Source: Ministeria vibrans ATCC 50519 (lineage: Eukaryota; Protista; Filasterea). From it: 64,000 bases of DNA. The position numbers and the translations under genes are program-made. A model generated the notes under the pieces. The model did not search any database, was not told the DNA's origin, and saw nothing but the letters and a program-made list of their open reading frames with translations. Location of the stretch: NCBI GenBank assembly GCA_943704425.1, contig CALSCP010001313.1:1308-65307 (forward strand), given 5' to 3'. Below, piece after piece: positions 22,744 through 34,852 of the stretch. How positions within the stretch are numbered: position 1 is the first letter of the stretch; every line of letters begins with the position of its first letter.

Positions 22744-24436
22744 ATGGGCAAACTTCAACATTTGGCGTACTTTACGATCGCAGTTGCGGTCGCTCTCTCG
22801 TCATACTATGCTGTTGTAATGCCAGTGTGGGTGCCGGCTGTGTTAAATCTTCCGGACGTCGTTCAAAAAGAACTTGCGTAAGCCCTCTGAGGCCTTCTCG
22901 GCGGTGCCCCTGGGTGCCGCGTTGGAGAGTGTCTGATGTGTGTCGTTCGTTCCCCACCTTCTCTTTTTTTTTGTGTGTGCTCATTGGAAGAGACGCGCTT
23001 TATATTTTTTTTTTTTTGGACTCGTGTAGGAATGGCAAAGATGCCAACGCTCCTGGGTTGCTGTGGCTCTCGCCGCTCCACTGGGCGTCTAGACTAGGCC
23101 ATATTGAGGTGATGCAAGTTCTTTTGGCCGACAAGGGCATCGAGGTAAACCGTTTCCGGGATGACATGTTGTGATGCGTTTTATTCCCATTGATTGTGCT
23201 ACACTGACGATTCGATGATGGAACACCCCGCGCGGGTGTGGAGGACACGGGCAGTGCGTGTGTTTTTCATTTTGTGTTCTGCATACTACGAGTGTGAAAG
23301 AGGATGCAGCAGACGAGCTGAACGTGTCTGGAACTGTGACTGTGTAGGTGAACGCACACAACTACATGGGACTGGCGCCGCTGTCCTACGCTGCGTACAC
23401 GGGCACCAAAGAGGCCTGCCAACTACTTTTGTCGACGCCATCCGTTTCGGTTGATGGCGATCGTGACCAGGTAGGAGAGAGAGGCAGAGAAAGAGGAGAA
23501 CGAGAGCGAGAGAGAGAGACAAGAGTATTACATGCACAATTGATAAGTTTAATGATTGTCATAACAATAATAATAATAATAATATCATTATTAATGTCTA
23601 GGCGGGCTTCTACAAGGATCGCGGAGAGATTGTGATGGCTCCCATTCACATGGCAGCGCTCTACAACAATCTTGGGTGTCTCGACGTCATGGTAAGCAAA
23701 GTGAGGAGCCTCAATTTCAAGTGTAAGTGATGCGACGAATGTAGCTTGAGGATGAGCGAGTGGATTTAAACGCTCGCAATACGTACAACGCAACTGCCCT
23801 GCACTTGGCTATTTTCCATGGACACATTGACGTGGTCAAGCGTCTCCTGGCCCATCCGCGTGTCAACCACTTTCCTCTCTCAAGGGTACGAGACAACAAG
23901 AGAGAGAGAGAGGAGGGAGAAAGAAATAAAGTGATAGAGAAAGAGGGAGAGAGAGAGAGAGAGAGAGAAACGAAGTGGTAGAGAGAGAAACAAAGTGGTA
24001 GAGAGAGAGAAACAAAGTGGTAGAGAGAGAGAAACAAAGTGATAGAGGGGAGAAAAAATGTGATAGAGAAACACGAGTGATAAAGAGACAAAACAAAAAC
24101 AAAGTGATAGAGCAATTATGTAACTGACCCACTTGTGTACAGTACGATCGGTCGGTAGTCGCATGGGCTGCCATCTACGACCAGCTTGACATTATGCGAC
24201 TGCTCGCAGTGCAGTGCAAGCAAGAAAAGGTGACCGTACACTACTCCCCACACGTAAATATAAACACGCAATGACTCATGAATATCTTGCAGAAACACAC
24301 GTGCTTCTCGCAAGAGGACTCGAAGAAGCGTTCCATTGCGTCGTTTGCCAATGAGTTTGCTTCCGCAGACCTTGTTGCGTTCGTGGCCGACCAGCTGTAC
24401 GTCGAGGCACAGCTGACACAGACACACGAAGACTGA
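22744..24436 (+). CDS. Ankyrin-repeat protein with N-terminal hydrophobic anchor, multi-exon
   Basis: MGKLQHLAYFTIAVAVALSSYYAVVM; ankyrin units SPLHWASRLGH, APLSYAAYTG, LPIHMAALYNN, TALHLAIFHGH; ends TQTHED*. Confidence 0.72.
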
Positions 24437-24531
24437 ATAATGCACACATACACATACACGCACATTATATACACACGCAGAGTGAGCGAGAAGAGTCATT
24501 ATGGGAATGAAAGACAGTGTGCATTGGAAGG

Positions 24532-24657
24532 TCAGATAACAATGCGGTAGGTGGTGTAGCGCCCGGCTGTCTCGCTGGGGCGCACAATCTTGACGACTTG
24601 GCCGCGCTTGAGCCCGTAGTACCGTGCAACGGGATCGCGTGCGGTGATGCGCGGGAG
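24532..24657 (-). CDS. POLR2E: Terminal exon of RNA polymerase subunit RPB5, separated from the rest of its gene
   Basis: After a CAG acceptor reads [41 protein letters not shown], the canonical RPB5 C-terminus. Confidence 0.93.
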   Translation of the reverse strand, partial: LPRITARDPVARYYGLKRGQVVKIVRPSETAGRYTTYRIVI

Positions 24658-24904
24658 CTGAGGGGCAGGAAGAAAACACACTCCAGTCAGAAAAGAATGG
24701 ACGAGCTGATTTGCTTTTTTTCTATCACGTTGCGCTCAATTTGTTCCTTCTCTCTCTCTCTATTATGTCTCGTTCAATTTGTTCCTTTCTCTCTCTCTAT
24801 CACTTTGTTCCTTTCCCCCTCCTCTCTCTATCACTTTGTTCCTTTCTCCCTCCTCTCTCTATCACTTTGTATCTCTCTCTCTCTATCAGTTTGTTTCTTT
24901 CTCC

Positions 24905-24951
<47 letters not shown>

Positions 24952-24960
24952 NNNNNNNNN

Positions 24961-26669
24961 TTGCTCCCGCCAGGGATCTGATCGTACTGGCACAGAGGAC
25001 CGCCAAAAGAGGTTGAGTTGCAAGTGCAGGTAAACCAGTCGTCTGTATCGGTACAGGTGGCACCATTCTGACACGGTCCCGAGGGGCACTGCGGCAGTTT
25101 ACTCTCGCACGCACTACCCACGAACGGGGAGAAACAGGTACAAGTAGCCTCACAAAGAAGGACATCGGCGGCGCAGGTGCCGCCGTTGAGGCATGGGTTT
25201 GAGTCACAAAGTGACGCGCATTCCTGCTCGCATAGCGTGCCAGTGTAGCCTGCGGGACAGCTGCATACAAATATCGATCCAAAACTGTCGCACGCACCGC
25301 CGTTCTGGCAGGGACTGCTCAGACAGGCATTGGCAAACTGGCAGGAGTCGCCATGGAAACCGGGCGAGCACATGCACACATAACGATTGTACACGGCCCC
25401 GCATGTACCGCCGTTTTGGCATGGGTTGGAATTGCAAGCGCTCAAAGGAAAGGTATCCGCTGTGATAAAGACATCGTCAAGGATCATATGACCCTTTGGA
25501 ATTCCACCTTGGTGGTCACTAAAAAAGAGAAGACGAAAAAGAAGGAGAATACAAGGGTCAAACAAAGGAAAGTTAATATAAAATTATTAGAATAAATTTA
25601 AGATAATGATAAACAATGGCCAAGCAAAAGAATGCGAATGTAAGAAAGGTCAATCGAGTTGCAAGAGAAGGAAGAGAGAACCCCATTTTCAAAAAAAATA
25701 TCAAAAGAGGATGAAGCAAAAGAAAAAGATTTAGAAAGAGGCAAACAAGATAAAAGAATACAAGAAGGGGTCAAGCAAAAGAAAGAGGTTTTTTTTTAAA
25801 AAAAAGGATAATTGTTCAGCAAGCAAACCAGCAAACAACAACAGTCAAAAATACAATTCAAAAAGCACCAACACCCAACGAGAAACGAACAGTGTTTACC
25901 TCCCGATCTTGATCGTTTGCAGGCCTGACGAAAGGTCAAAAGAGGGGTTGAAAGTGTTGGAGCCGGACGCGACGAGCACACCGTTGCGATAAATGTCCAA
26001 ATCTCCCGTCCCAATTCGGTTGAAAATGATCGTAAAATGAATCCAGACACCTTCGGGAAGCGACTGCAGCGTAGTTTATATTAGTGTGCGTGTAGATGGC
26101 TCGTGCAGAGTGTAACGGGGCACACACAAAGCGAGTGCGAACGGAATAGATAAAAAAAAAAGGCTCGCGACTGAAAACCAAAAATAACTTTATCGTACCG
26201 TTGAGTCTGCGACTACCCCGTGGGCGGAAGAGTAGACAAACAAGATGCCGCCATTCACGTAGACGTTAAAATCGTCGGAGGCGCCGACGCGACAGCCGAA
26301 AATGCTATAGCCGGACGACAGCGAGTGGATCCAGAAGGCCAGCGCCAGACCGCCCGTCTGCGTGCAGAAGTCGCTTGGAACAGGGACGTCGATCGACGTA
26401 CCGTTGCCGGGAAAGAAGAAGGCGCGCTCGATGGAGGCGACCCTGGAGACAGGCGACGCGACGTAGTGCGCAGCGGGGTTGCTCAGCGGCGAGACGATTT
26501 GAGACGGCTCAATCTGCGACAGCGTCTCCGTGTTGACGTCGGGAATGAGCGTGGTGCTGATATTGACGGCGTCCAGGTTGAACCGCAGTCGCGCAAGGGC
26601 CAGCGAGCTGCTGTGCACTTGAGTAATCGCAAGCAGCGATAAAATCGACAACACAATGGCCATATTCAT
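24961..26669 (-). CDS. Secreted or surface protein: signal peptide + LamG/ConA-like domain + at least 4 Notch-type EGF repeats; 3' end lost at N gap
   Basis: MAIVLSILSLLAITQVHS; LALAFWI..WIHFTIIF..IYRNG..ILDDVFI (LamG/pentraxin-like); CxSxPCxNGxxC EGF units. Confidence 0.8.
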
Positions 26670-27440
26670 CGTGTTCTCGGGGTTCCAGCTCGGTGGTACG
26701 CAAGCAATGGATGGAGGGCGTCAACCGCGTCGCTGTCCGAAGATGGAAAAAGCAGTAACTTGACCGTAATTGCTTATCGCACAGACTTGTTTTGTACATG
26801 ATTGTTGTAGTGATAAGGAACTGATAAGGATTATATTTATTAATGAACTTCCCTTGAAGAGCGAATGCATTTTTGGGTCTCATGTCGGTATTGGGCGCCC
26901 CAATCTTCATCTCTTTGGGTTTACACTATGGCGAAAGCATTCTCTGATTCTCTTCAATGTCGTTCGTCAATCTCCAATTTTTCGATTCTCACTTATGATT
27001 TCTGAATGAGTCATTTTCTACTCTACTCCGTAAGTTTCCCGTAAGTCATACAACACTCCGATGAGTCCGATCACTTAGTACTCACATCATCACATCAGAC
27101 CCTATGGCATTACATCGTGCTATGTCTTGGTTCATGTCTTGCAGCAAAGGCTATGAGTGAAATGTGAGTGCGGGCGTTTGCATGAGCTTCGCAGAGCACC
27201 ATTGCGCTGTACCCAGCCAGCCAGTTGTCCCGCACTCACTCTGACCGGAGACTCCCACGCGTTTTTTTCAAGGCCCGTTGGAATATTTGCTCATAAAATT
27301 TGCTGGTGTCAGCTGTGAGGGAGAATATCATGAAAATATCATTAAAAATCCCATCTGAAGCTATAACAAAGAAAGGGGAAAAGTATATATAAAAATAATA
27401 AAAATGAAATAAATAATAATGTACACACGACTTGACTGAA

Positions 27441-28717
27441 TTATTCAATTTTGGTCTCTTCGGCGCGAAGGGGCGACGCAAAATGCAGTCGTTTCGGTTC
27501 CATACGACAAGGTGGTGACGCTGGACGAGGCGAGAGAAAGGAATCTTCGTGGTCAGCATTGGGGGTGGGCATGTCGTCGAGGGGTCGGTGGCGAATGATG
27601 CGCGATGTCTGTGAGAGAGCCCAGCCGAATAGCCGACCAAAGTAAGATGGGACAGTACCAACGCTATAGAGAAGGAAACATTAGTAGTATGCTTTGCAAA
27701 AAAAAAAACGCACACATTAAGGCGTCTCACCTGGAATGAACACCGGACGCTTGAGCTAGGGCGCGCATCCAACGGAGCAGAGCAAGCACTGCAAAAAGCT
27801 TGAGTAGCTGTCTAGACCACTTGCGGGCACGATGCGATGGCAATGGGGCGAGGGTGAGACGCAGAGGCACATCGACAAGCGTCGTGTTGACCGCAAACCA
27901 GCTTGACACAAGTAAGACGACGTCAACCACTCCGTCGCGGTCTACCCGTCGGTTCACCAGTCGCTCAATCATATGTCGCTGCTCTGCCATGGCCGCCTCT
28001 TGTCGCTTTGACTCTTCCCGTCGCTACGAATCACTTATTATATCTCCGCCCCCCTCTTTCACCACACGCAACAGTGCGTCGTCGTATTGTATCTCACCTT
28101 CTTGATGGAGTCCTCTAGAAGTTTCTTGTGCGAGGCAAGCGACGCGCGCATTTGTTCGCCATCTCGTTTGTGCACATCCACCTCACAGCGCAGTGTGTGC
28201 ACCTCAGCCTGCTGCTCCTTCATAGACTCGCCCAACTGTCGTAGTTCAGCACGACCCATCTCAATGGTCTCTCGCATGCGCAGATAGCCAAGATGGTTCA
28301 GCTGAAGCACACGCGCAATGACAAGGTTGATGTCTGCCTGAGACGATGACGACGACGCACAAACTTCCAAGTCACTCTCTCGCTGCGCCACCACCATTGA
28401 CTGCAATCGATTGGTCAAACCAGTTCCAAGTGACCACAGGTTGTGTACCGACACGCGGCCAGCATCCCAAAGGTTTGTTTTACCTGCAATTCAGAGGTGA
28501 TTATTTTGAATATTTCAAAAAGTTTGTCACTTCGTGAGTTTTTTTTTTTAGCTTTGACAAACGCAAGAGAGTAGTGACAAGAAAAACGGCAACCAGGGGT
28601 GCTTTGACAACTACATTGCATGCTTTCTGTAAGTTTCGTACCCGATTTGGGAGTCTCTGAGGCCGGAGGGAGGTTCTTTGTTGAAATTTCAACAAGAGGC
28701 GATCGTGGCGAGCTCAT
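27441..28717 (-). CDS. Hypothetical coiled-coil protein with two hydrophobic segments, multi-exon
   Basis: Exons chain in frame via GT-AG from MSSPRSPLVEIS to RAEETKIE*; heptad region ELRQLGESMKEQQAEVHTL; hydrophobic VVDVVLLVSSWFAV and LLKLFAVLALL. Confidence 0.55.
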
Positions 28718-28865
28718 GAGCAAGTGAAATGTATACCACTGTTTCAGGATTTCAGGACAAATACACCAGTCACTAGTCTTGAATAACAATGAGAAAATGA
28801 CCAGAGGGAATTTTATTCATTATTTCATTTATTTTTTCTTTCTTCACCTTCTTCTTGTTTTCGCC

Positions 28866-29315
28866 ATGGCTGAACAGATCGCCCGTGACAACCAGTTCAC
28901 ATATGCGGCGGTAAGCTGTTTGTCTTTTTCTTCAAAGGAGCTTTTCCCTTTGCTTTCTTAGCACTTAAACATATGAACACACATCACATCACATCACACA
29001 CAGACACACACACACACGTCTACACCCGCGTATTCCCTTGCACGCCCCACTCATCCACACACCCACCCACACACACACACACCCACACGCACGCGCGCGC
29101 AGACAGAGTGACACACGAAGACACTTTGGTTCAAAGTGTGTCTCGCTGTGAACCGTCGTCGAAACGAATGGAAATATCTCAGCTCACCGCCAGCTCTCTC
29201 GCCCACTCCATCGACCCACTCCATTGGGCACACCTCCCATCGTCTCTTTGAAACACCATTCGCACCCCATACGCCACTCCGTCCATTTCCTCTTGTCTTT
29301 TTTCCGTTTTCTTTT

Positions 29316-29346
<31 letters not shown>

Positions 29347-31311
29347 CCACTCATCATTGCTTCATGGCTGCTTCTGCCGCTCTCTGGGTCGCCCTTAGAC
29401 CTCCAACTTGGTGTTGCAAGCGGATCGATCCCTAGGAAGTCGTGCACGCGACGAACCTACCGGTGAAGTGACGACTGTTAAGGTAAATGAGAGGAGGAAA
29501 AAAAAAAACGCTCATATGTCGACTGAGTGACTTTTTCCTTTTTTGTCTCCTTGTGAATTAATGACAATAGGACTATGTGAAGTCTATTCGCATGGGTGAC
29601 CTCGCCGAACGAACGGCCGCTCCCGACGTGGAGGAACGTCGTAAGAAGCAGGAGCGCAAGCAGGAGCGCAGTCAGAATCTTCATCACAAGATCCGCAAGG
29701 GCACTCTGCTCGCCGACACGGACGACATGGCCGACCTGTACTACCGGCCGCGCACACGCGAAACCCGTACCATCTACGAGGCACTCCTAAGCTCGGTCCA
29801 GGAATTTCTCGGAGACCAGCCTCGCGATGTGCTCTGTGGCGCTGCCGACGAAGTCTTGGCCATCCTCAAGACGGACGGGGCGCGCGACTCGCAGCGCAAG
29901 CGTGACATCGAATCGCTCTTGTCGCGTCGTCTCTCCGAAGAGTCTTACGCTCAACTGGTGAACCTGGGCAAGAAAACCACGGACTACTTTGACATGGAGC
30001 AGGGCGGCGACGACAAGGCTGACGACGAGCAGGAGGTGACCATTGTCTTCGATGAGAAGGACGAACAGCCAGGTGACAAGGAATCCTTTGAGGTGCGCGG
30101 CGGTGAGTCGGACGAGGACGATTCGGACGCCGACGAAGACGACGTGATGGGCGGTGGTGAGGCCCAAGAGACGCGCACCTCCCGAAAACGCGCCAACAAT
30201 GATGGCAATGCGTCCGACAACGACGACGACGACGACACCGGACGCGGTGGTCTCCGTGGCGACGGACGCACCGACGTAACCAGCTCCGGTGCACGTCTCG
30301 ACCCCGACCTGGTGGCCGCACACGACATCGACGCACATTGGCTCCAGCGTCAGTTGGGCACCTTTTTTGACGACGCCATGGTCGCCCAGAAAATGGCCGA
30401 CGACGTGTTGGCAACGCTCACCAGCGACGCCGACGACCGCGAGGCCGAGAACAAACTTGTCCTTTTGCTCGACTACGACAAATTCGACTTCATTCGTGTT
30501 CTTCGCAAGAACCGTCTCAAAATCGCCTACTGCATTCGCCTCAAGCGTGCCGACGACGACGCCGAACGCGACGCCATCCTCGCCGAAATGCGTCAGGCAG
30601 AGGATCCGCGTGCGCAGGCCGTCTGGCGCGAACTTGCCAGTGCCAACGACGACGACAACAATGCCGATGGCGACACCGTCATGACGGATGCGGGACAACA
30701 GCAACAACGCCGCTCTGCGACGGCTGCTCGTGGACTCGTCGACGACGACGAAGAGAGCAGCATGCGCAACAGACGGCAGCAGCTGACGGGCGACGAGCGC
30801 GCCGCCTCAGTCGCGCGTCGCGTCATGGACTTGGGCCAACTCGAGTTCACCGCCGGCTCCCACTTCATGTCGAACAAGACGTGCAAGCTGCCCGAGGGCT
30901 CGATGCGTCGCCAGAAGAAGGGCTACGAAGAGGTGCACGTGCCGGCCCTGAAGCCTCGTCCCTTTGGCGCCAACGAACGCTACGTGAAAATCTCCGAATT
31001 TCCTGAGTGGGCCCGCAAGGCGTTTGGCGCCATTGACAAGCTCAACCGCATGCAGTCGCGTGTCTACCGCTCGGCATTCCTCTCCGATGAGAACCTTCTC
31101 GTGTGTGCCCCCACAGGCGCCGGCAAGACCAACGTCGCTCTCATGACCATCCTGCAGCAAGTGGGCGCGCACCTTCTCGACGACGGCTCCGTTGACCTTG
31201 CCGCCTTCAAGGTCGTTTACGTCGCTCCCATGAAGTCCCTTGTGCAAGAAATGGTGGGCAACTTTGGTCGCAAACTTGAAAAGTTTGGCATGAAAGTCGC
31301 CGAGCTCACTG
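28866..31311 (+). CDS. SNRNP200: U5 snRNP helicase Brr2, 5' part only (truncated at CT microsatellite)
   Basis: SNLVLQADRS..DEPTGEV, YRPRTRETR, GSHFMSNKTCKLPEGS, KGYEEVHVP, CAPTGAGKTN (Walker A), YVAPMKSLVQE; stops after ELTG, about one third of the expected length. Confidence 0.93.
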
Positions 31312-31322
31312 GTACATTCAAA

Positions 31323-31324
<2 letters not shown>

Positions 31325-31413
<89 letters not shown>
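31325..31413. repeat. (CT)n microsatellite at the Brr2/RPB5 junction
   Basis: Pure CT run of about 88 bp. Confidence 0.95.
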
Positions 31414-31417
<4 letters not shown>

Positions 31418-31550
31418 GCTTTGTTCTTTGCTCCCTATCACTCTTGTCTTCGTTCGTCACTCTATCAAAAACATGTTCCACGACCCTGTCTATCTCTCTC
31501 TCTCGATCACTTTGGTTCTTTCTCCCTCCTCTCTGTCTCTTTCGTCGCAC

Positions 31551-31954
31551 CTGTGAGTCTTTGAGTTTGTAGCGATCAAGCAGCGCCTTCTTCTCTTCGT
31601 CTGTAAGCACTGTGTGTCTGGGCACCAGTTCGTGCTTGGTGATGTTCACAAGAAGTTCCTCCTCCTACACCAACACGCTCAATCCCCACTTCGATTCGTC
31701 TCGTTCGCTACCTTGAACAGTTCAATGTGACATGCCATTGCAGCATTGGTTGCAGCAATCGACTGTCGGGCAAACGGTGTAATGTCACTCTAAGAAAACC
31801 CATCGACACCCCAGTTTGACTCTTTTGTCCTTCTGAATTTGGGCGAATTTACCTTGAGAATGATAATGGCACGCTTCACGTTGTTCGTGCTCATCGTCTC
31901 GACGTATTCCTCAATAGTACGCACGCTTACCTGATGGCAATGAGAGAGAGAGAA

Positions 31955-31985
<31 letters not shown>

Positions 31986-32554
31986 AAAAAAAGACACACG
32001 TTGAAAGAATGCAATGACTTGTTGTACACCGACATACCGACGAGGCTTGCGGGAAAAACACATATAACTGGTTGCTGGGATCATCGCGGTGTTCGACTAA
32101 GATGCGCAGGTTCTCTCGATTCGATCTGTAGGCGAGAGAGGCGCAACAAGTCAGAGGGTTGATGCGCTGTTCAATAGGCTTGTTTCCATACGCATAGTTT
32201 GGCACAAGGTCGTTGAGATCCTCCATTGTCATGTTGATCTGACCCTCCGCAATGTTGTAGCCTCTGTCGACGCAAATCTGTTGGGGAGGAGGAGAGTAGA
32301 CGAAAACGTGAGAAATATTTTGAGTGGTTCAACGCGAAAGCCTCGATCAGGCAGACACACCGTGTGGGCAACGGGGAGTGTATGGGTGTGGGGCAAGGAA
32401 AACAGCGAGAGCGAGAGGGGCTCAGCGAGCGTCCCGCTGAACTCAATCAGAGCGTTGACAAACGCATTTTGTACTTCTCCAAAATTCTCACCTCGTGCGC
32501 TACCCTCCGTACACGCCACAATTTCCACGCGTAGTCGTCTGAAGATGCCTCCAT
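31551..32554 (-). CDS. POLR2E: RNA polymerase I/II/III subunit RPB5, all exons except the last
   Basis: [11 protein letters not shown]|[61 protein letters not shown] then a GT donor. Confidence 0.93.
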
Positions 32555-33026
32555 ACGGAAATGTGAGAAAATCAAAAATAACAATAATAATTAATTTTTT
32601 AGAATTTTCAATTTAGTGAAGAAGATTTAGAAGCAGAAGAATACAACCCATTTATTAATGATAAATGATAATCATTAGTCGAATAAGTCGATAGAAGAAG
32701 AACAACAGCAAAGGAGAAATTATCAGTAGATGAATTTTTCATGATTCATGAAGTGAAAAGTTTACTCACGGGCAGAGACGATGAAAATGTAACACACAAT
32801 GTTTCCGCCAGAGGCTAACCCCAAGTCCCTAAACCCTAGCTCACTAGTCACTACTCAGTGTCCAGTGAACTCCTTCAAGAGAATGGCCGATGAAGATTTA
32901 CTGCACCCATACTCACTTATAATTTTCGGAATGAGTAATGACCCGACTTGCGAGTGTAGCAGAGAAGGAACATATGAAATGAAAAGAAGAATAAAAAAAA
33001 CAAGATGTAATAAGAACAAACGGCGG

Positions 33027-33694
33027 TCATTCTTTGGCGTCGGGACGCACAACGACGACGGGGGTGGAGCAGTGGTGCAGGCAGTAGTCGGAAATCGATC
33101 CGAGCAGAGCGCGCGCAATGGCGCCCCTGCCACGCGAGCCCACCACAAGGCATTCGGCCTTGACAAGCTCAGCTTTGCGCACAAGTGCTTCGCGCACATT
33201 CCCGCGGATAATCTCTGTCTCATGTTTCACCTGTAAAGCAAAAAAACAAACAATACATTTCAATTTTCAGTGCGATGTGCGAATAAAACAACTTACGCCA
33301 GCTTCCCGAAGTCTGCGCTCGTAAGGGATGGCAACCTCCTTAGCATTGTCGCGCTCTTGTTGGTTCACTTGGTCGATAACGTCCTGAGGGATCACGTATC
33401 CACCTGAGAGAGAACGAAAATAGAAGTGCGAGGTTTTAGTCAAAACCCTCGCACTTCGTGTTTACCGGCCCTACCTGGGCTGAGCGGAATGATTGTCACG
33501 GGATCATACGCATGAACCACGTGGAATGTCAAATCAGTGGGGTTGAAGTTGCGCAGGGCCCACTCAAGCGCATTATGGCTCTAAAACACGAATTGTTTGT
33601 TGTTTCAGTTTTTGTGTGGGCGTTCTGTGCGTACCTCGGCAGACGAGTCGACAGCAATGACGACATGGCGTTCTGTAGTCGTATCGGCAGACAT
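33027..33694 (-). CDS. Universal stress protein (UspA family), multi-exon
   Basis: HVVIAVDSSAESHNALEWA; LVVGSRGRGAIARALLGSISDYCLHHCSTPVVVVR. Confidence 0.9.
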
Positions 33695-33867
33695 TATTAT
33701 ATGGTTGTTTTCTTTTTTGGGGGGAGGGGAGGAAAATAAAAAAGTGAGTAGTGAAAATTAAATTGATCAGATTTTAGACCGACCGATTTCTGAATCAACA
33801 TTCAACCCTCGGTCATACAGTCACTCGTCACGCAGTCACGCACAAACCACTAGTCACTGCTAGTCAC

Positions 33868-33895
33868 TAGACACTAGACTACTGTCTAGTGTCTA
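33868..33895. promoter_or_regulatory. Perfect 12-bp inverted repeat (TAGACACTAGAC-TACT-GTCTAGTGTCTA) within an AGTCAC-rich divergent intergenic region
   Basis: Read directly; a regulatory role is inferred from position only. Confidence 0.4.
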
Positions 33896-33989
33896 CTAGA
33901 GTCTAGGTAGTCACCAGCCAGTTTTCCCGGGCAGTTGGTTCATTGAAGGTTAAATGAAAATTTTTATTCACTTCATTTCAAATAATTCC

Positions 33990-34814
33990 ATGAATCCTAC
34001 CGATCCACCGACCTGCAGCCTGGACCCTCAGCTTCCTGATCTCAGTCAGCTGTCACTTGCAGATCCGCCACCAGTGCGGCCATCTTTGACGACGCTGTAC
34101 ACCGATTGGAGTGTCAACGTGTGCTTCGTCAAAATCACTGACGAGAAACCATTCGCGTACACCCAACAAGAGCTCAAACGCAAAGGCTGGCGTCGAAACT
34201 GCCAGGGAGGATGGAAAGACGAAAAGGGGCATGACGATACCCCTTTTACAACGGCTGCGCGTGAAGCGGCGGAAGAAATTCATGTCTCACTCGACCAGCG
34301 GAAAATTTTCGAGAAGAATGTTCACGACCGTCTGAAGCAGTGCTACTACGACGCCACACCCTGCCTATCGGTGGCACTTAAGCAGCTGGAGGACCGCAAG
34401 GGCCACATCTCGTTTCGACTGATTCTCTCAGACGACAACGTATTGGACACATTCATTCTGAAACAACTTGTGACAAAGGATGCCGGGTGTCCTGGAGTGT
34501 CGTCAGGGGGACGGCAGGAAGAGAAGACTCGTAACCTCAAGTGGGAACTGCTCGACGTCTTTGCCAATGCACGCAAACCCGACCTTCGAGTAGACGTGTC
34601 GTCCAGCGACATGAAAGACGGTGTCTGGAAGGAGACGGCGCGCTTCCGTCGAACCGATCTGCCTCCAAAGTCGGCAGTGTTCTCCTCGACGAGCGCTATT
34701 GCGGCACAACGACCCCATACTCCAAGATCTGGTTGTGCATCCGCAGCAGACGCTTCTGCAACTGCCAGTAGGTCGAGCACCTCTGCCCAGAAGAAATGGA
34801 AGGGAAGAAAATAA
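33990..34814 (+). CDS. Nudix-hydrolase-like protein, intronless
   Basis: Nudix-box-like GGWKDEKGHDDTPFTTAAREAAEEIHV. Confidence 0.65.
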   Translation: MNPTDPPTCSLDPQLPDLSQLSLADPPPVRPSLTTLYTDWSVNVCFVKITDEKPFAYTQQELKRKGWRRNCQGGWKDEKGHDDTPFTTAAREAAEEIHVSLDQRKIFEKNVHDRLKQCYYDATPCLSVALKQLEDRKGHISFRLILSDDNVLDTFILKQLVTKDAGCPGVSSGGRQEEKTRNLKWELLDVFANARKPDLRVDVSSSDMKDGVWKETARFRRTDLPPKSAVFSSTSAIAAQRPHTPRSGCASAADASATASRSSTSAQKKWKGRK

Positions 34815-34852
34815 AGCGATTACAATATTTATTTTTTGTACTGTTTCAGTTT

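Noticed and set aside
29118-29145. Hairpin ACACTTTG-GTT-CAAAGTGT in Brr2 intron 1 as a snoRNA or miRNA
   Set aside because: Only an 8-bp stem, and no C/D or H/ACA boxes could be identified.
29787-30707. Long antisense ORFs opposite Brr2, NNT, TKT and the ASPP-like gene
   Set aside because: Expected shadows of GC3-rich codon usage on the coding strand.
24658-31550. Genuine nested genes inside a giant RPB5 intron as the default reading
   Set aside because: Two enclosed genes, including essential Brr2, are truncated exactly at repeat or gap boundaries, which favours misassembly; kept only as a testable alternative.
31312-31556. Ser-Leu repeat C-terminus of the 659-aa Brr2 ORF
   Set aside because: Read-through into an intron and CT microsatellite after the GT donor at 31312.
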